Part shown: piece by piece, positions 15,592 through 28,581 of the stretch
How the letters are laid out: each line of letters opens with the position of its first letter
Position numbering within the stretch: the first letter of the stretch is position 1
Assembly (NCBI GenBank): GCA_050084515.1
Contig: CM114271.1
Coordinates: forward strand, 21,576,001 to 21,640,000
Source: Blasia pusilla
Lineage: Eukaryota
DNA length: 64,000 nt
Direction: 5' to 3'
The notes under the pieces: generated by a model
Databases searched by the model: none
What the model was told of the DNA's origin: nothing
The model's input: the letters and a program-made list of their open reading frames with translations, nothing else
Program-made: the position numbers and the translations under genes

Positions 15592-16999
15592 CTCGAAATT
15601 CCTCCCTCCCTCTCCTCTCAATCCTCTCCAACCCCTCCACTCGCCTTTCCCCTTCCTTTTCTATTCCTCCTCAAACCCTCCCCGAGCCCCACCCCCATTC
15701 AGCACTCCCTCATCCATACCCCTCCCTCCCTTCCTTCTTCCTCTTCCTCCTTTTCCTCCTCCTCCTCCACCACCACCACAGCAATCGCGCCCTCCACCTC
15801 CCTTTCCTCTCCTGAAACCCTGCACAACCCCCGCATCCCCCATCCGATCACTCGCCCTCGGAGTAGGTGTCCAGCTTATTTCTCTCCTCGAGCATCGCTA
15901 CCCCTCGCTCACTTCGCTTTCTCGAATTCCTCCCCTTCGCTTCGCTTCCCTACGCTTCCCGCACCAGCGGCAGCGAGCGAGCGAGCGAGAGAGAGAGAGA
16001 GCTCGGAAAGGAGGAGAGAGGGGAGGAGCGCAGCGCGCCACGAGAGATGCTACATGACTCTCTGCATCGAATATCGACGCCAGGTGATACGCACTGCAAG
16101 ATCTCTCTACACCTGCGCCAACCTGCGACGGCGCGTCCTCCAGAGGAGGACGTCGGACGTCCCTGCGCTCGCCACCCCATCCGAGTTCTCACCAACACTG
16201 TGGACGGAGTTCCAGATCCCCACGTCTTGCTGCGACGAGACTCGTCGCGTTGCGGTGTACGGAATCAGAACTACTGGTATGGTACTGTGCACTCTTGGAC
16301 AGAACTTTTGGACGGCACTCTGTGTCCAGTTGCTACAGATGGTGTTGGACTCCGATAGAGTCGTGCAGGGCTTCCGTGTTCTCCGTCCTTCATCAGCACA
16401 CTCCGGACTCGACCGCCATCCACCTCCATCACGAACTAATCCCAAACCTATAGAAGACGCTATCCAATGAAAAGCTCTTAAACGATATTCTCAAACGAGC
16501 CATGGATAAAATAATAAAAACTGCTGTCATTTGTGAAATGCCATAAGATGATTATATTTGGTATGAGGATGAAATACCTGATTATAATAATGGAGGCTAT
16601 GTTAGTGTGACGGTGTAGTTGACATATTGGATAGATGAGTGCAATTTGTTATTGATTAATGTTGGAATGTGTTATTAGCTCTTTCCAATGCATGCAAAGA
16701 TACAAGACTCTTGTCAAAGTATACTGATGTTGATACTATTGTGGCAATTATACTATCTTTGAACCTATATATTGATAATATATAGGTTCAAAGATGCCGA
16801 CATATACTCCAAAACTCCATCAAAAGTGCAGGTGTATGAACATTACAAAACAGCATTGACATGGGTTGAATCATAGGGTCTGAACATTTGGCAAGCTGCA
16901 GAAAAGAAATTTAATGCACCTTAGTCGTTTAAGTGATGAAACAAGTAGCAAGTTATTAATTAAAAGAGTGCATACACACAACTAATATTGGCATTGATT

Positions 17000-17352
17000 A
17001 GGTGGTTGTCGTGTAATATGTGCTCATAGACATGTTTGGAGCAGAGTATGAGAGTATTAGATGTCTTGGGGGGATCAACACGACGGGTTGTTGTAGTATG
17101 GCAGTGTTGCGGGGATGACGGCACGGATAGTGCTAGATATGTATAGGATAGGAGATCATGTTGGGGACACATATGTGTGTGTTGTCTGGAGTTAGGGGGA
17201 CCCAACTGCAAGCTAGGGGGCAGTTGTGGGGTCATGGTGTATGTGCTTGAATATGTTTCATTTATGTGTGGATCTACCCGTATGTCGGTGAAGATCGGTG
17301 TTGTGTGGTATGTAGATGTGACGAGCGATGTGTATGCGCACGACAAATTTCT
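17000..17352 (+). mobile_element. Eroded 3'-end fragment of a relative of the DNMT-Gypsy element (end of coding region, PPT-like tract, B repeat)
   Basis: 17185-17350 aligns by eye with 36488-36670: tctggagttagggg...ctagggggc...tgtgtggatc..cccg...gaagatcggtgttgtgtgg..tgtagatgtgacgagcgatg...tgtatgcgcacgacaa-tttc. Confidence 0.8.
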
Positions 17353-19669
17353 CTCGGGAAATTTTTTAATATTTTTTTAATACTTGATATCTTCTTATGA
17401 ATTTTTAATTAAAAACTATTTGAAATAAAAATTTTATTTTTAAAATAGTTAACACATTTATATAATTAAATTAAATTTCTCCTCATCCTAATTTTTAGCT
17501 TAGTATATGATTAAACTACAAAATCTTAGAGATGCTTCATAAACTCATTTCATGGACAGATTTCATAAATAGTTCTCATTCATATCTCTCTAAATTAGCT
17601 AATGCCCATACTAATTTGATTACAAAAGTCAAACAAATAGAGAATTTAAACTAATGACACTCGTAAGGTACATTTGAATAGGACGCAACCAATGGAATTC
17701 ATGTGTCACATCTTTTACATTGGAGTAGAGAGTATGCGCATTGCATATGTAGGGAAGTCAATAGATCTTGGATGATCTATTGAAGACAAGGGTAATCTCA
17801 ATGTGTAGATTTTCCTATTTTGGGCTTATTTTAAACTATTTTGAATAACTTACCATTTCCATTAAGTTATATGTTTATACTTTGTCTACTTTTTATTTTG
17901 GGAAGTTCCCCTTGATTATATGTTATGATTGAAGAGGTGACCTATGTGCATAGGTCATTGAGAAGAAAGTTTGGGGGAGAGGATAAAGAGAGAGAGAGAT
18001 TGAAGAGTGTATTTTCTTAGGATTCTTTCTTTAATTTGTTGAGCCTCCTTCCATGAGACGGTGGAGATATAGCCCCATTTGCATTATCAATCATTCGAAC
18101 CTTTCACGACGAGAGAAGTTTTGGTTTGATATAAGAGAGAGTTAGAGGATATATGAGATCTGCTTTTTGAATTTACAAAGAAAAATGAAAAGAGTTCCAT
18201 AAGAGAGATTTATTGGAAGAATGACTCTAGCATGGAGAATCATTTGGGTGACATCTCCGTGGTCTTTTTGTTGGTTTTTGTAGGTTGATGACATGTTGCT
18301 CATATAATAGCTTCTCATAGTTCTGTTGAGGATCTTGGCTTGATGATTTTTTATTAAGTGTAGGGATTCTTTTTGAGTAGAACTACTATGCATGGAAGTA
18401 TTGCTAAATTTTTAGTAAATCAGGTAGGTTGAAAATTGGCTATTCTAAGAAGTGGCTAATGAGAGAGTGTGTGAGAATAGGGGTTGATTTCTTGCTATTT
18501 TAACAAATCGTTAGTTTTTTTGTGGGACGTAAATACATGGAAGAATTTTCCGTGTTTTATACAAAATCAATGCTACATTTTGTGTAAAAGTTGTTGTTAC
18601 AGATAGACTAGAGTTTTAATGTTTCCAAAAAAAAAAGATCTTGAAGCAAGGAACAGAAAACCAAAAAGGGCCAAATGGTAGAGGAAAACATAATGATGGA
18701 CCTTATCCAGAGGATTGCTCTTAGCCATAAGATTTGATGGTACAAAGGCATCCCAAATGGTGCAATAGGACTTCATGATGTGGTTGAGTGACAGAGATAT
18801 CTTTTTGTGTTGAAGGTTTGAAGGGCCATGCGCCCCCTAAATAGGAATCCTTTGTTTCTTTTTTCAATATTTTTGATGATTCTTTTATCATTCTTTATGA
18901 TAGAAGTAATGATTCTTTTGGAATCATTACTTGAAAATCATGATGCCATCTCATGTTTCATAGGTCCTAATTGCATTTAGGACGACCTGATTCATGGTCC
19001 TTCATGTTGGAGTGAGTAGATAAAGTGCATTGAGATGACGTAACTATTTCTTGGTGAATGTGTTTGGGCTTATCGACCTGTCAATAATATCCAAAGGGAT
19101 ACTTATTGATTGATATGTACAAGTCACAATTCCTACTTATGGATGCATAGAGTTGTTGGGTAATCGATTAGAGTTGATTTTTATCGAGTTGTGACAACTA
19201 TGATATAATGCACTACTAGATCGCCATATCGTCTTACTTATGGCTGCACTCTATCGTCAACGATGTCATGTTTTTTAGGATGGGTCAACGAGTTTACAAT
19301 AGGGTGACTTCAAGGATAGTCAAGAAAAGCTTCAAGACGTCGAGGATGACCTATTGAGGCCACGGGTAACCTGAGAGAGCACGTCTGTCTTTCGTTTCGG
19401 CTCATTTGGAGCTATATAGAGAAACTTACTATTTTGGGCAAGTTGTCGTTTTGAGTAGAGTTTACTTTATACTTTGGGAAGTGGCCGTTGACCCCCTACA
19501 GTAGGTCAAGAACCAAGGAGGTAACCTCCTAGCATAGATTACCGTGAAGAGAGCTTGGGAGAGTGAAGGGGGTATACCCAAGGAGAGAGAGTTTTGGGGC
19601 TCATTCTCTCTTTGTTGAACCTCTTGGCCTATGGTCCTCCTTGCTTTTTGAGTAACCCAAGCCTTTCAT

Positions 19670-19672
<3 letters not shown>

Positions 19673-19720
<48 letters not shown>
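19673..19720. repeat. (GA)n microsatellite
   Basis: Perfect GA run of about 24 units. Confidence 0.95.
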
Positions 19721-19725
<5 letters not shown>

Positions 19726-20559
19726 TAGTCCAGGAGAAGCCTATATGGCTTATGGGACCCCTTCCACATCTATGTTATTATGGGAGAGTGCCTTCTTGAT
19801 TTGGAAAAACCTCTCTATTTGACATGTGGCAATTGGGCAGCAAGAAATATTTCACATGCTACGAGAAACAAGAAAAAATTTGAATTTCAGTGCTGCATCA
19901 TTACTCTCTTCCTTTCCGAGGCTATACACTAGCTCTTAAACGCTTTTTTATTTCTTGTGCATGACACATGCACCTTACTAGTGCGTAATATTGACGTTGC
20001 ATCCGACACAAAATTTCACATCTAGATTCTTTGAGGGGATTATCACTTAGGAGATTTGGTTTTATCATTATTTTGTTATTGGTGAAGGTATGGACATGGA
20101 ATTTCTTTTTATCCAGATTTTTTACTTGGGAGCAGAGTCAAGGCACACACACAAATGAAAGGCACACAAGGCGTTCTCTCTCTCAAACATGGATCATCCA
20201 TAGCCTAGCTAGGGAATGCCAGTGCCGTGGGGTTGAGATTGCCCCCCACAGTCAAAGGGGAGAGTTGTACCGAGACTTTTTTAAGAAGACATTATGTCAG
20301 TTCACCTAACCTCTTGGTCATCTACCGCTAGATAGTCGCCTCCTATTTTAGATGAAGGTTGAATGAAGAAATTGCATCAATCATGTTGTAGATCGAGAAG
20401 TTGTGCACGTTGTCGAAGAATGGTGCAAACTTTGGACATCTGAGCACGTAGTTGTGACCATTTCCATGGGCTACCATAGCCAACTTATAAAGTATGAAGC
20501 AACTTCAATTTTTTTGGTAAAATTCTGAGTTGATTGGTAAAATTCTTAGTTGAGAGGTT

Positions 20560-23500
20560 CCAATTTGCTATGCGTCGTGATTGGTAGCCGCTCAACGATG
20601 ATCGAGTACCAATTGTTGCGTCGTGCTACACCGCTAGTAGCCACACCGCTAAATCGAGGGTCATTACGGTGTCCTTTCGGGACTTGGAGAGGCAAGGGGA
20701 TATGCATGAGAGTAGCTCTAGAGGATTTACTCAGAGTGGCGCGAGGTTTTGAGGGTCTCAACCTGAAGGACCGCCTCGACCTCCTTCTAGATGGTCCTCA
20801 GAAAAGGAGAGGGCGTAGAGGAGTTTATTTGTGCATCATCGCACACAATGGGTGGTTCTATCGCCAGGGCGTAAGAAATGAACGACCAAGATAGAGGAAC
20901 GCGAACGTTTTGGGAGTTGTGGATATTATAGAGTTGCACTACTTCATCATGAAGTTTAGGTAGATGGCTAGGAACTCTAGAGAGCTCAACTTGTTCACCG
21001 CATGGAACGGAATATTCCAACACTTGGAGGATAACCATGAGTTTTCCAAGTGATACGTACCCAAGATTGAGGCCTCGAGACTCTACTATGACGCACATTA
21101 CGTGTCATGGACTGAACCATTTCTAGATTAGGAGGAGCTAGGAGAGGCTACTTCCTCTGCCACTAGAGAGGTTTCGGGAGGGGTAAGTCAGACTGGGGAA
21201 ATTGCATCGTCTAGTCGGGTTCGTCCTAGGTTCAATCGCGTTATTCAGTTCTTTGCGGAGTTGCAGAGGAACTACCAAGGCTATGGACCGATAAGTTACG
21301 GAGTATCCACGACTTCCATAGGCGCACAAGGGAAAGTTTATGGGAGACATTTACTCGTTTGGGACGTTTGATTAGTGTCACTTAGGGGGTGATAGAGGCC
21401 TAGGTTGTTCCGACATGGTATGGGATGCTGGAGCAGACTTGTGGAGACGGGTGAGGGATGCGATACTTACGATGCGCACCTCAGCTATGTTAAGAGATGT
21501 GTATGAGATGGCGGAGTGTATTTGAGCGCAACCTGGTTGAGGAGAGTGTAGCAACCATGAGTCATGTGCGCGAGCAATCACGATTGCTTACACCACTAGT
21601 GAAGCAATGTGAATTTTGAGAGAGGAAAGTGGCACCATGAGTTTAGGGAGGTTATTGTTAGTATGTGCCATGGAGACCTACGCCATCATATGCGGCACAT
21701 CAACACCCGCTAGAAGTTATTTATTGGGCATGTGGTGGAGCCCATCGCCAACAAGATTGCAGTTGTCAAGGTAGTGGAAGCGTGCCTCAACCTGGAGGAG
21801 GAGATGGACCCGCACCAGGAGTCTACGAGTGTGACCATTATCAATGGTATGGTCATACATGCACCAAGTGTTTCAGCTTATATCGTGAGTTACGTCCGGA
21901 CTAAGGCTCGGACAGAGAGGGCACCAAAGCGAGTTGGTGGTCTGGGTGGACATAGAGGTTGTGTGCTAAGTGGTCTCATTGGGGGACGAATAGTTGGATT
22001 TTTCCGTGGGGTGATGAATATGCCTGTGGAGGAAGTATAGGTCTACCACCTAGATGAGTCAAGGGAGATTGTGAGCGCAAGGTTAGGATGGATGCTAAGA
22101 TAGAGTTTCTGCAATGGCTGATTTTCGCTCTGGCATTGAGGTTACTCGATGCCGAATGAGTGGCATTAACATTATATGGAATAGCTAGAGACATGGAGGA
22201 TCTTGGTTAGATCAGATGTGTGGGGCTACAAAGATGGAGGCAATCGTTATCGTTACACGTGGAGCAACCGTAGAGTTCTTTCCATAGAGAAGGGAGGCCA
22301 TGAAATAGACCAGGGTTCCTCAATCTTTTATGTTATGTCAGGCGATGAGGACCCCATTGATAGATTTTGATCACAGTTCCCAGAGAGTGGATGTTGTTGG
22401 TGTGCAAGCACGGAAGGCGAGGGAGAAGCAAGTGGGACGAATCCTATTCTTGATGCTGAAGGGGAGCACGTCTTCAATACATTGTTTGGAGCGACCACTG
22501 CTATGTACCCTGCCCCATGGTTTTAAACTTCCTATGTTACAAAGTTGGGAGGATGCACGCCGAGTTTTATTGGCTCGCCCCTATGCTAAGTGAGTGCAGA
22601 GATGGTATCCTTGCCTCATGTTTAGAGATGCTTAAGAGGAGGTGGTAGACTTGCCCTTGGAGCCTATGCTGGGGCCATCCATCTCAGATTCATGGCAAGT
22701 TGTGGTTGCTAGGATGGCGCCGATTCCGTCTAGACGTATGATAGAGCATGCCATGGTTTCTCCATGGGTTGTTTTGTTGGATAATCGGGGAGAAGTCTTC
22801 TATTTGGTGAGTCCAAGAGGTAGAGAGTTTTGTCTACAACGCATCTTGTTGGATTTGAGAGGGCAATCCTTGATGTTGGGAAAGGCGGCGTTTACGCGAG
22901 TGGGCCTGACGAGGATCGATGTGGAGCGTTGCCCATTCAGGATGCACACATCCTTGGGTGGAGCTTGAATGAACGTAGTTATCACCCAACATGAGATCAT
23001 GGTGGGGTTCAACCATAATATCCGTTAGATGAGTCCGTGGTGCGGGCCAAGGGAATAATAACCAATATTGAGTCCTATGACGTCTTGGTTGGAGGAGTAG
23101 TGTTGTACACATTAGGATTTCTTGTAGATGATAGGAAGGAGTCAATGTCCTATAGACCAGGATGGCAGTTAGGTGATGGGCGACTTAGCTAGTTCCTTGT
23201 TTGATTCACGGGTGGAGTGATCCAGAAATGATGAGGAGAGATGGCGATACTTGCAACATTAAGTAGTGCCATCATTTGGCATAATGATTTGATTGAGGAG
23301 CATGTCCATGCAGGAGACACGTCCATGCCTAAGACTTCTATGGAGAGGAGTGTTATGATGGTTGTATCATTCCATGGAGGAGAGCATTCTGGGGCTCAAG
23401 TGAGGAGCTTCGATGCTTGGTTGATGAGCACATGCGGATGTCATGGAGCGAGACGTTTGCACTAGAGCGTGACGGGTTAGAAGAACCCCAGGTAGCCGAG

Positions 23501-23950
23501 AACGATGGCACCCTTCGACACCCTGTTGATTGTGTGGTGCATTCGAGAGGAGGATGTTCAAGTGTTGGATCCCTTTGGAGGGATCAACACTGGATTGGTT
23601 GTTGTTTTGCATGAGTGCATATGTAGCAGTATTTGTATGTTGAGCTTGATGAGATTGCGAGGTACATCTCACTTTGATATATGGCGTAGTTACGCCTTCA
23701 TTTTCCTGACTTTTTGTTTGCGTTGGTCGTATAGGGGTTCTAAAGTTCCTTACTAAGGTACATTTCTTTGTTGGGGCCATAGGACTTGGAGTGGGTAGGG
23801 ACCATTGATTTGGTCATTGTTGGTTGGCCATGTGAGGGCCACTCGAGTGTTGGACGAGGAAGCGGTTTAGTTGATGCTCTGTCTAGATTATTTTGGGAGA
23901 TGATGAGGATCTTGCGACACTTGCAAGAACATCAGTCTCATTCTTCACCT
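20560..23950 (+). mobile_element. Degenerate, 3'-truncated second copy of the DNMT-carrying Gypsy family (gag, protease, N-terminal half of C5-MTase)
   Basis: Fragments collinear with the 27-37 kb element: gag (cagttctttgcggagttgcagaggaactaccaagg, like EFFRKLRKSYQG, ~21245; WYG...RRVRDA ~21415), Zn-knuckle remnant ~21830, protease VVLLDNRGEVFYLVSP...QRILLDL (22642-22968), MTase motif I VQVLDPFGGINTG (~23555) and motif IV DLVIVGWPCEGHS...LFWEM (23786-23940). Confidence 0.88.
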
Positions 23951-26050
23951 TGGGCTAGAGGATTAGACAAAATTTTTCAAGGGCCGTAGGTAAGAAATTA
24001 GGCGTCAATGTCCGTCATAATTTAGTATGCGAACATAACGACCTTAGTCTAAAAAGGTAAAAGTGATCCCTAAGGCCTTTCTCTCCTTTTTATTAATTAA
24101 CCTATTGAATCACCCCTTCCTCTTATATCAAATATCCATTAGATTGAGTCTCTCATCTCATCTCATCTCATCTCATCTCATCTCTTCTTCATAGGTCACG
24201 CAATTACTTTTCTTATATGTTTGTATATATCTTCATCTGTCTTATGTGTATCAAACATCCCATGCTATAGTTCTTTTTATCTTATCTTCACTTCATCATG
24301 CATGTTTTATCCTTACTATTATGTGAGGCCTTATCCTCTCATATTTTAGCTTTATTCTAAACAATATATTTTTATCTTTATTGATTACTTTAACTTAATC
24401 TCTACTGAGTCTTATCTTGTTATGACCCTTACATATATGCCTCATTTTGTATCTTGGTCGAGCAGGCTATCCAGCACATCAACTTGATTCGTGTGGCCCT
24501 TCTTACTTTTGATTTGATTCGTGTGACTCTTCCTATCGTAGATTGAAAATGCTGCATCATGAGAGAAGTTATTAGATTCGTGTGATTATATAGGTGGGTT
24601 ATGAGATTCATGTGACATTAGTAGGTTTGTTAAAGCTTATACTCACGCCTATACAAACTGAAATGTTATTGGTTCGTGTATACGAACTTTGTCAAACTCT
24701 TACATTATTGCTCCACTTCTCGCAGAGATTCATATTTCCAAAATCTTCAAGAGGGCTCGCCATATCCCATTGCCCAAGAATGGGAAAAATATATTTCCCT
24801 CTCCTCTCCTATTAGTGTGGGTTGTCGTACTAGTGTGGTTGTCGATAACTTTGTGTCCTAGTTGCGACATTGAGTTAACTTTTCCTTTTTACATCGATTC
24901 CTCATAAAAGAAGGGCCACACACTGGTTACAATACTTCCCATATTTAAGAAGTAACATCCTTGTTACGAGTGTTCACAAAATTTTGAATCATGAAAAACA
25001 TATTGACAAAGTGCTTTGAAGGCTTGCAAGTAGCTTCAAACTATTGATATCCCTTCTTTTAGACCAAATATCAAGTAACTTGATGAGGACCATATTTATT
25101 CATTCATCTCAAATTCTTCTTGATCATTTAATAATTCCCAAAGTGGTGGTTTGATTGGATATGGAGTGAAGATTGATGGTCTAAGAATATCATATCTTAA
25201 GAATAATACGTGGAAGACATTATAAATTTTCATATATAAAGGAAGTTTTAACTTGTGCACCACTTGTCCAATGTGCTTTAAGATAAGAAAATAATTGATA
25301 AAATGTGCATTCATCTTATGAACATCCATTACAAGTTAGTGATAGATAACCATAATTTATCTCCTATAGAGAACTCCTCGTAACGACCATGGATCTGTAT
25401 CGAAACCTATTTACTTCACTCAATTTCAACTATTTGAGCTTTTTCCTTTTCTTGAACTAGTCCCTTTCAAATATGTTGTGTAGAGTTCTCCGTTGTACTA
25501 ATATCTTAAGTAGCATTATCAAGGAGATCTTGTTTGGAAAAACTTATCACTATATGTGGATACTCTCCATAAATCAAAAGGATAATATTGCTTACACTAT
25601 GTGGATACTCTCCATACATCAAAAGAATAATATTGTTTTAGTGCAAGCTATGTGAGAGTTTCCATAGGAAAACTCAATAATGACAATAATCAATCCCACT
25701 TCTCGAGAATGAAAGCTTTGAACATGTTCTCAATCATGCGGATTTGACCATCTAATTATGAGAGATATGTAGTTGATATTGTCAATTGTCTTTTGACAAA
25801 ACCAAACAAAGTGCACCACAATAAGTTTATGAAAGCCTGATCTAACATCCCTATCTTGGATAATCCATGTTACGTAATGAAATTCACTAGAGACAACATC
25901 TTATATGCCTTTTATGAATGTATGACTTAACTATGCACCCAAATCAAGAATTCTAGACCTTCATTGAAAGAACAAACCACATCCATGAGAACCAATGGCA
26001 TAAATATTTGGAATCAAAATGTGAAGATGCTATTGGGTGCCATGTAACGG
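23950..26050 (-). mobile_element. Degraded chromovirus (Ty3/Gypsy) 3' end: integrase C-terminus, chromodomain, PPT and probable LTR
   Basis: ORF 25096-25329(-) HIGQVVHKLKLP..KIYNVFHV...PPL...DQEEFEMNE resembles the GPY/F-to-chromodomain junction. It is followed by YLV-x-KGY...EAT(W)xP-like sequence at ~25020-25075, then a minus-strand purine tract plus TGTAAC at ~24926-24940. The LTR extent is uncertain. Confidence 0.6.
24148..24184. repeat. (TCTCA)n pentanucleotide repeat
   Basis: About 7 tandem TCTCA units. Confidence 0.9.
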
Positions 26051-27324
26051 CTGCATGCATGGAAGGGGTCCCATAACCTTCTAAACTTCACATGGACCAT
26101 AAATATAATTCACTTTTCTTGCCCTATTGTATTATGTCTCTAAAACATAAAAAAAGTTCCGCATATAAAGTCTCCCCGAAATTTCTTTTTCTTCTCCCCA
26201 TTTCAAAATTAGGTTGATGTCTTTCCTTCACCCAAATTGAAAATACAACCCTTTAAAAAAAATTGGACCCTTCTTTTATTACATAACGATCTCTCTTTCT
26301 TTTGAAACTATTTTAATACAAATTTCACCATCTCATAAATTATGAAAAACATACCACTAGATGAATTTTGAAGAGGAAAAGGTGTTCCCTACTTGAGGTG
26401 CAACTCATCCACATTATAGAATAATTTTTGAGAAAAATTAAGTGAAACATAGTGAAACGTACCAACTAACCCAGTTTGTATATGAAAAGGAGAGACATAT
26501 GAGCATCGATGTACTGAGAGAAGCAAAAATTTCTCTTAGTTGATGCCTACGAAGTACGAAGACTTTCCAAATTTGCGCCAATGAATCTATACTCTTATTG
26601 AAATATGGGGGTTACTATGTCTGGAAAGAAGAAGAAAAGTACCGTCTATAAGAAGTGAAGTCTTATTTTTTAAAAAAATGCCAGTGAGAGTTACTTCTTG
26701 GATCGAGATCCTCTCTATTTTTGCTTCTAAAGTCCTCTTTATTTTTGCCTCTAAAGTAATATAACTTATTCTTGAATGAGACAAGAAAGGCTAAAGGAAC
26801 TTTCGAATGTCCCTATTATTGTGATGAAGATCTGATTGTGTTTTATTCGCAGGGACACATGTCAATTAGGTAATTTAAGACAACCCTTTTTAAGTGACCA
26901 AATTTAGTATCATATGTGTTTCGTACCGGGCTCCGGGACGGCCTTAAATCAACAACGCTTTCAAATGCGGAGGGGGTTATCAGAGGAAGTGAAGGAGAAG
27001 CACGACGATTGAAGGTGCAACGCCAAATTGAAGGAGCGTTAGATTGTATGTGGTAAAAATCTTCACCAAAGCTTTGATTTTATTGTTCGAATGGCTCCAA
27101 TTTTTCTGGAATTTACGTCAGGGCCAGATCACTATGATTGTGGAATTTTTGTAAGAAGATGACTTGCAATCATGGTACCATTACTAAGGCGACTGTCTGT
27201 GCTCCTGACTTCTGGCAGTTCCTTTCGAAACCAAGCTTGGGTTGCCATTTCATCGGTTGATGATTCCACTCGCATAGAGTTGGTTCTCCAACATTTTCAC
27301 CTCACGCACACACTTTTATAACCT

Positions 27325-27807
27325 TGTCACATCTGAGTAGCCGATAGGCCGAGATCTATCGTGGATAGGGCGTAGGAGCCAGCGGACTATCTTGAGTGTA
27401 ACTTTGTCCCACGGTGTCGGATGAGGTTGAGGATAGGTCCATTGTGTCAGGAACGTCGTTCTTGACAACTTTCATATTGAGGTTTTTTACAGCCGGGTGA
27501 CTTGTTGACCAGGTCACCCGCCCCTCGTAACCTGTGTGCGCAGGTTACCAAGGGAAGGGCTATTTTTAGGGGAAGAGCCTTTTGGCTCCTCCCAACCCTA
27601 TATAAGAGAGGAAGATGGCTTTCCTAAGCCATCTTTCTCATGTTGGACCGTTGGAGCACCTCCCTTGTATGTGTGTGAGCTAGGACTAGGGTGCTAGCGT
27701 CCGGATTCCTTGATAGCACAAGGTGGACGAGGCTCGATATGCCAATGTAGATTGAGGAGTGGAGTTTTAGGCTGGGTGTGCAATTTTTATTACTCTTTAT
27801 TTTTACA
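27325..27807 (+). repeat. 5' terminal repeat A1 (LTR-like, TGTCAC...TTTTACA; contains TATA box)
   Basis: 27325-27804 is a direct repeat of 36666-37138. TATATAA at 27599-27605. Confidence 0.92.
27599..27643 (+). promoter_or_regulatory. LTR TATA box and predicted transcript 5' end (self-primer sequence GCCATCTTTCTCATGT)
   Basis: TATATAA at 27599. The sequence starting 29 nt downstream (27628-27643) is the exact reverse complement of 27805-27820. Confidence 0.7.
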
Positions 27808-27820
27808 TGAGAAAGATGGC
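27805..27820 (+). promoter_or_regulatory. Putative self-priming primer-binding site (ACA/TGAGAAAGATGGC)
   Basis: Directly follows repeat A1, lacks the TGG of tRNA PBSs, and is 16/16 complementary to 27628-27643. Confidence 0.72.
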
Positions 27821-28277
27821 AGGGGGATGGTGGGAATTCGTTGTTTGCAGGTAGGCAAGCGAGTTGCCTTGGTCGGGAGCCCCTGGAGATGTGTGTGTGA
27901 CATTTTGTGTGTCATTTTTCTGTTCGGAAGGCCGTGGGCGGAAGCACTGTCCGTTTTTCTCAGATTTTGCCGGTGCGGATTGATGGGGGACAGCAGTAGG
28001 GTGTAGCGCAGGTTGTGTCGACAGGAGTAACGTCGTCTTATAGCGCGTGGAATGTCGGGAGTACCCAGGGAGAAGAGTTAGAACTTGCAGCCGCCAGGGG
28101 GCTGTCAAGTAAAGGGCGGCTAGGTTAGGTCGCCAAGGCTAGGCGACGGACGCTTGACGGGCGCGACGGCAGCAGCAACAACAGCGAGGGCGCGGACGGC
28201 GAAAGAATGCGCGGAAAGGCGGACGGGAGAGAATGGATGGGCGAGAGGTGCCCCCTCACTCCCGCATTTACTCCTTA

Positions 28278-28581
28278 CCCCCCCTCGGCGCATTTACAAG
28301 GGCTGCATAGGGCCGCGGGTCCTTCCCCCCCCCCTCCCCTCCCTCTCCCGCACTTGGGGAGGGCCGCATGGGCCGCGGGCCCTCCCCTCCCTCCGTTGTT
28401 CTCCCGCAGGTTGGGGGGCCAAGGGATGACCCCCCCCCCCGGGCGCATTTACAAGGGCCGCATAGGGCCGCGTGTCCTTCCCCTCCCCCTCCCCTACCTT
28501 TCCCGCACTTGGGGAGGGCCGCATAGGGCCGCGGGCCGTCCCCTCCCTCCGTTGTTCTCCCGCAGGTTGGGGGGCCAAGGG
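28278..28581 (+). repeat. GC-rich ~155 bp tandem duplication in the retrotransposon leader
   Basis: ggcgcatttacaagggc...gggggccaaggg occurs at ~28287-28425 and ~28442-28581. Confidence 0.9.

Noticed and set aside
15372-16470. Long plus-strand ORFs (147-341 aa) rich in Pro and Ser
   Set aside because: Mostly antisense to FGT1 exon 1 and its purine-rich 5' region; low complexity with no recognisable domain.
17800-19700. LTR-like segments that might be the 5' repeat of the 20.5-23.9 kb element
   Set aside because: No convincing match to repeats A or B, and no definable termini or TSD by eye.
26900-27320. Coding-like flank interrupted by the retrotransposon (continuing at ~37281-38200)
   Set aside because: The plus-strand reading I tried has multiple stops and no recognisable family.
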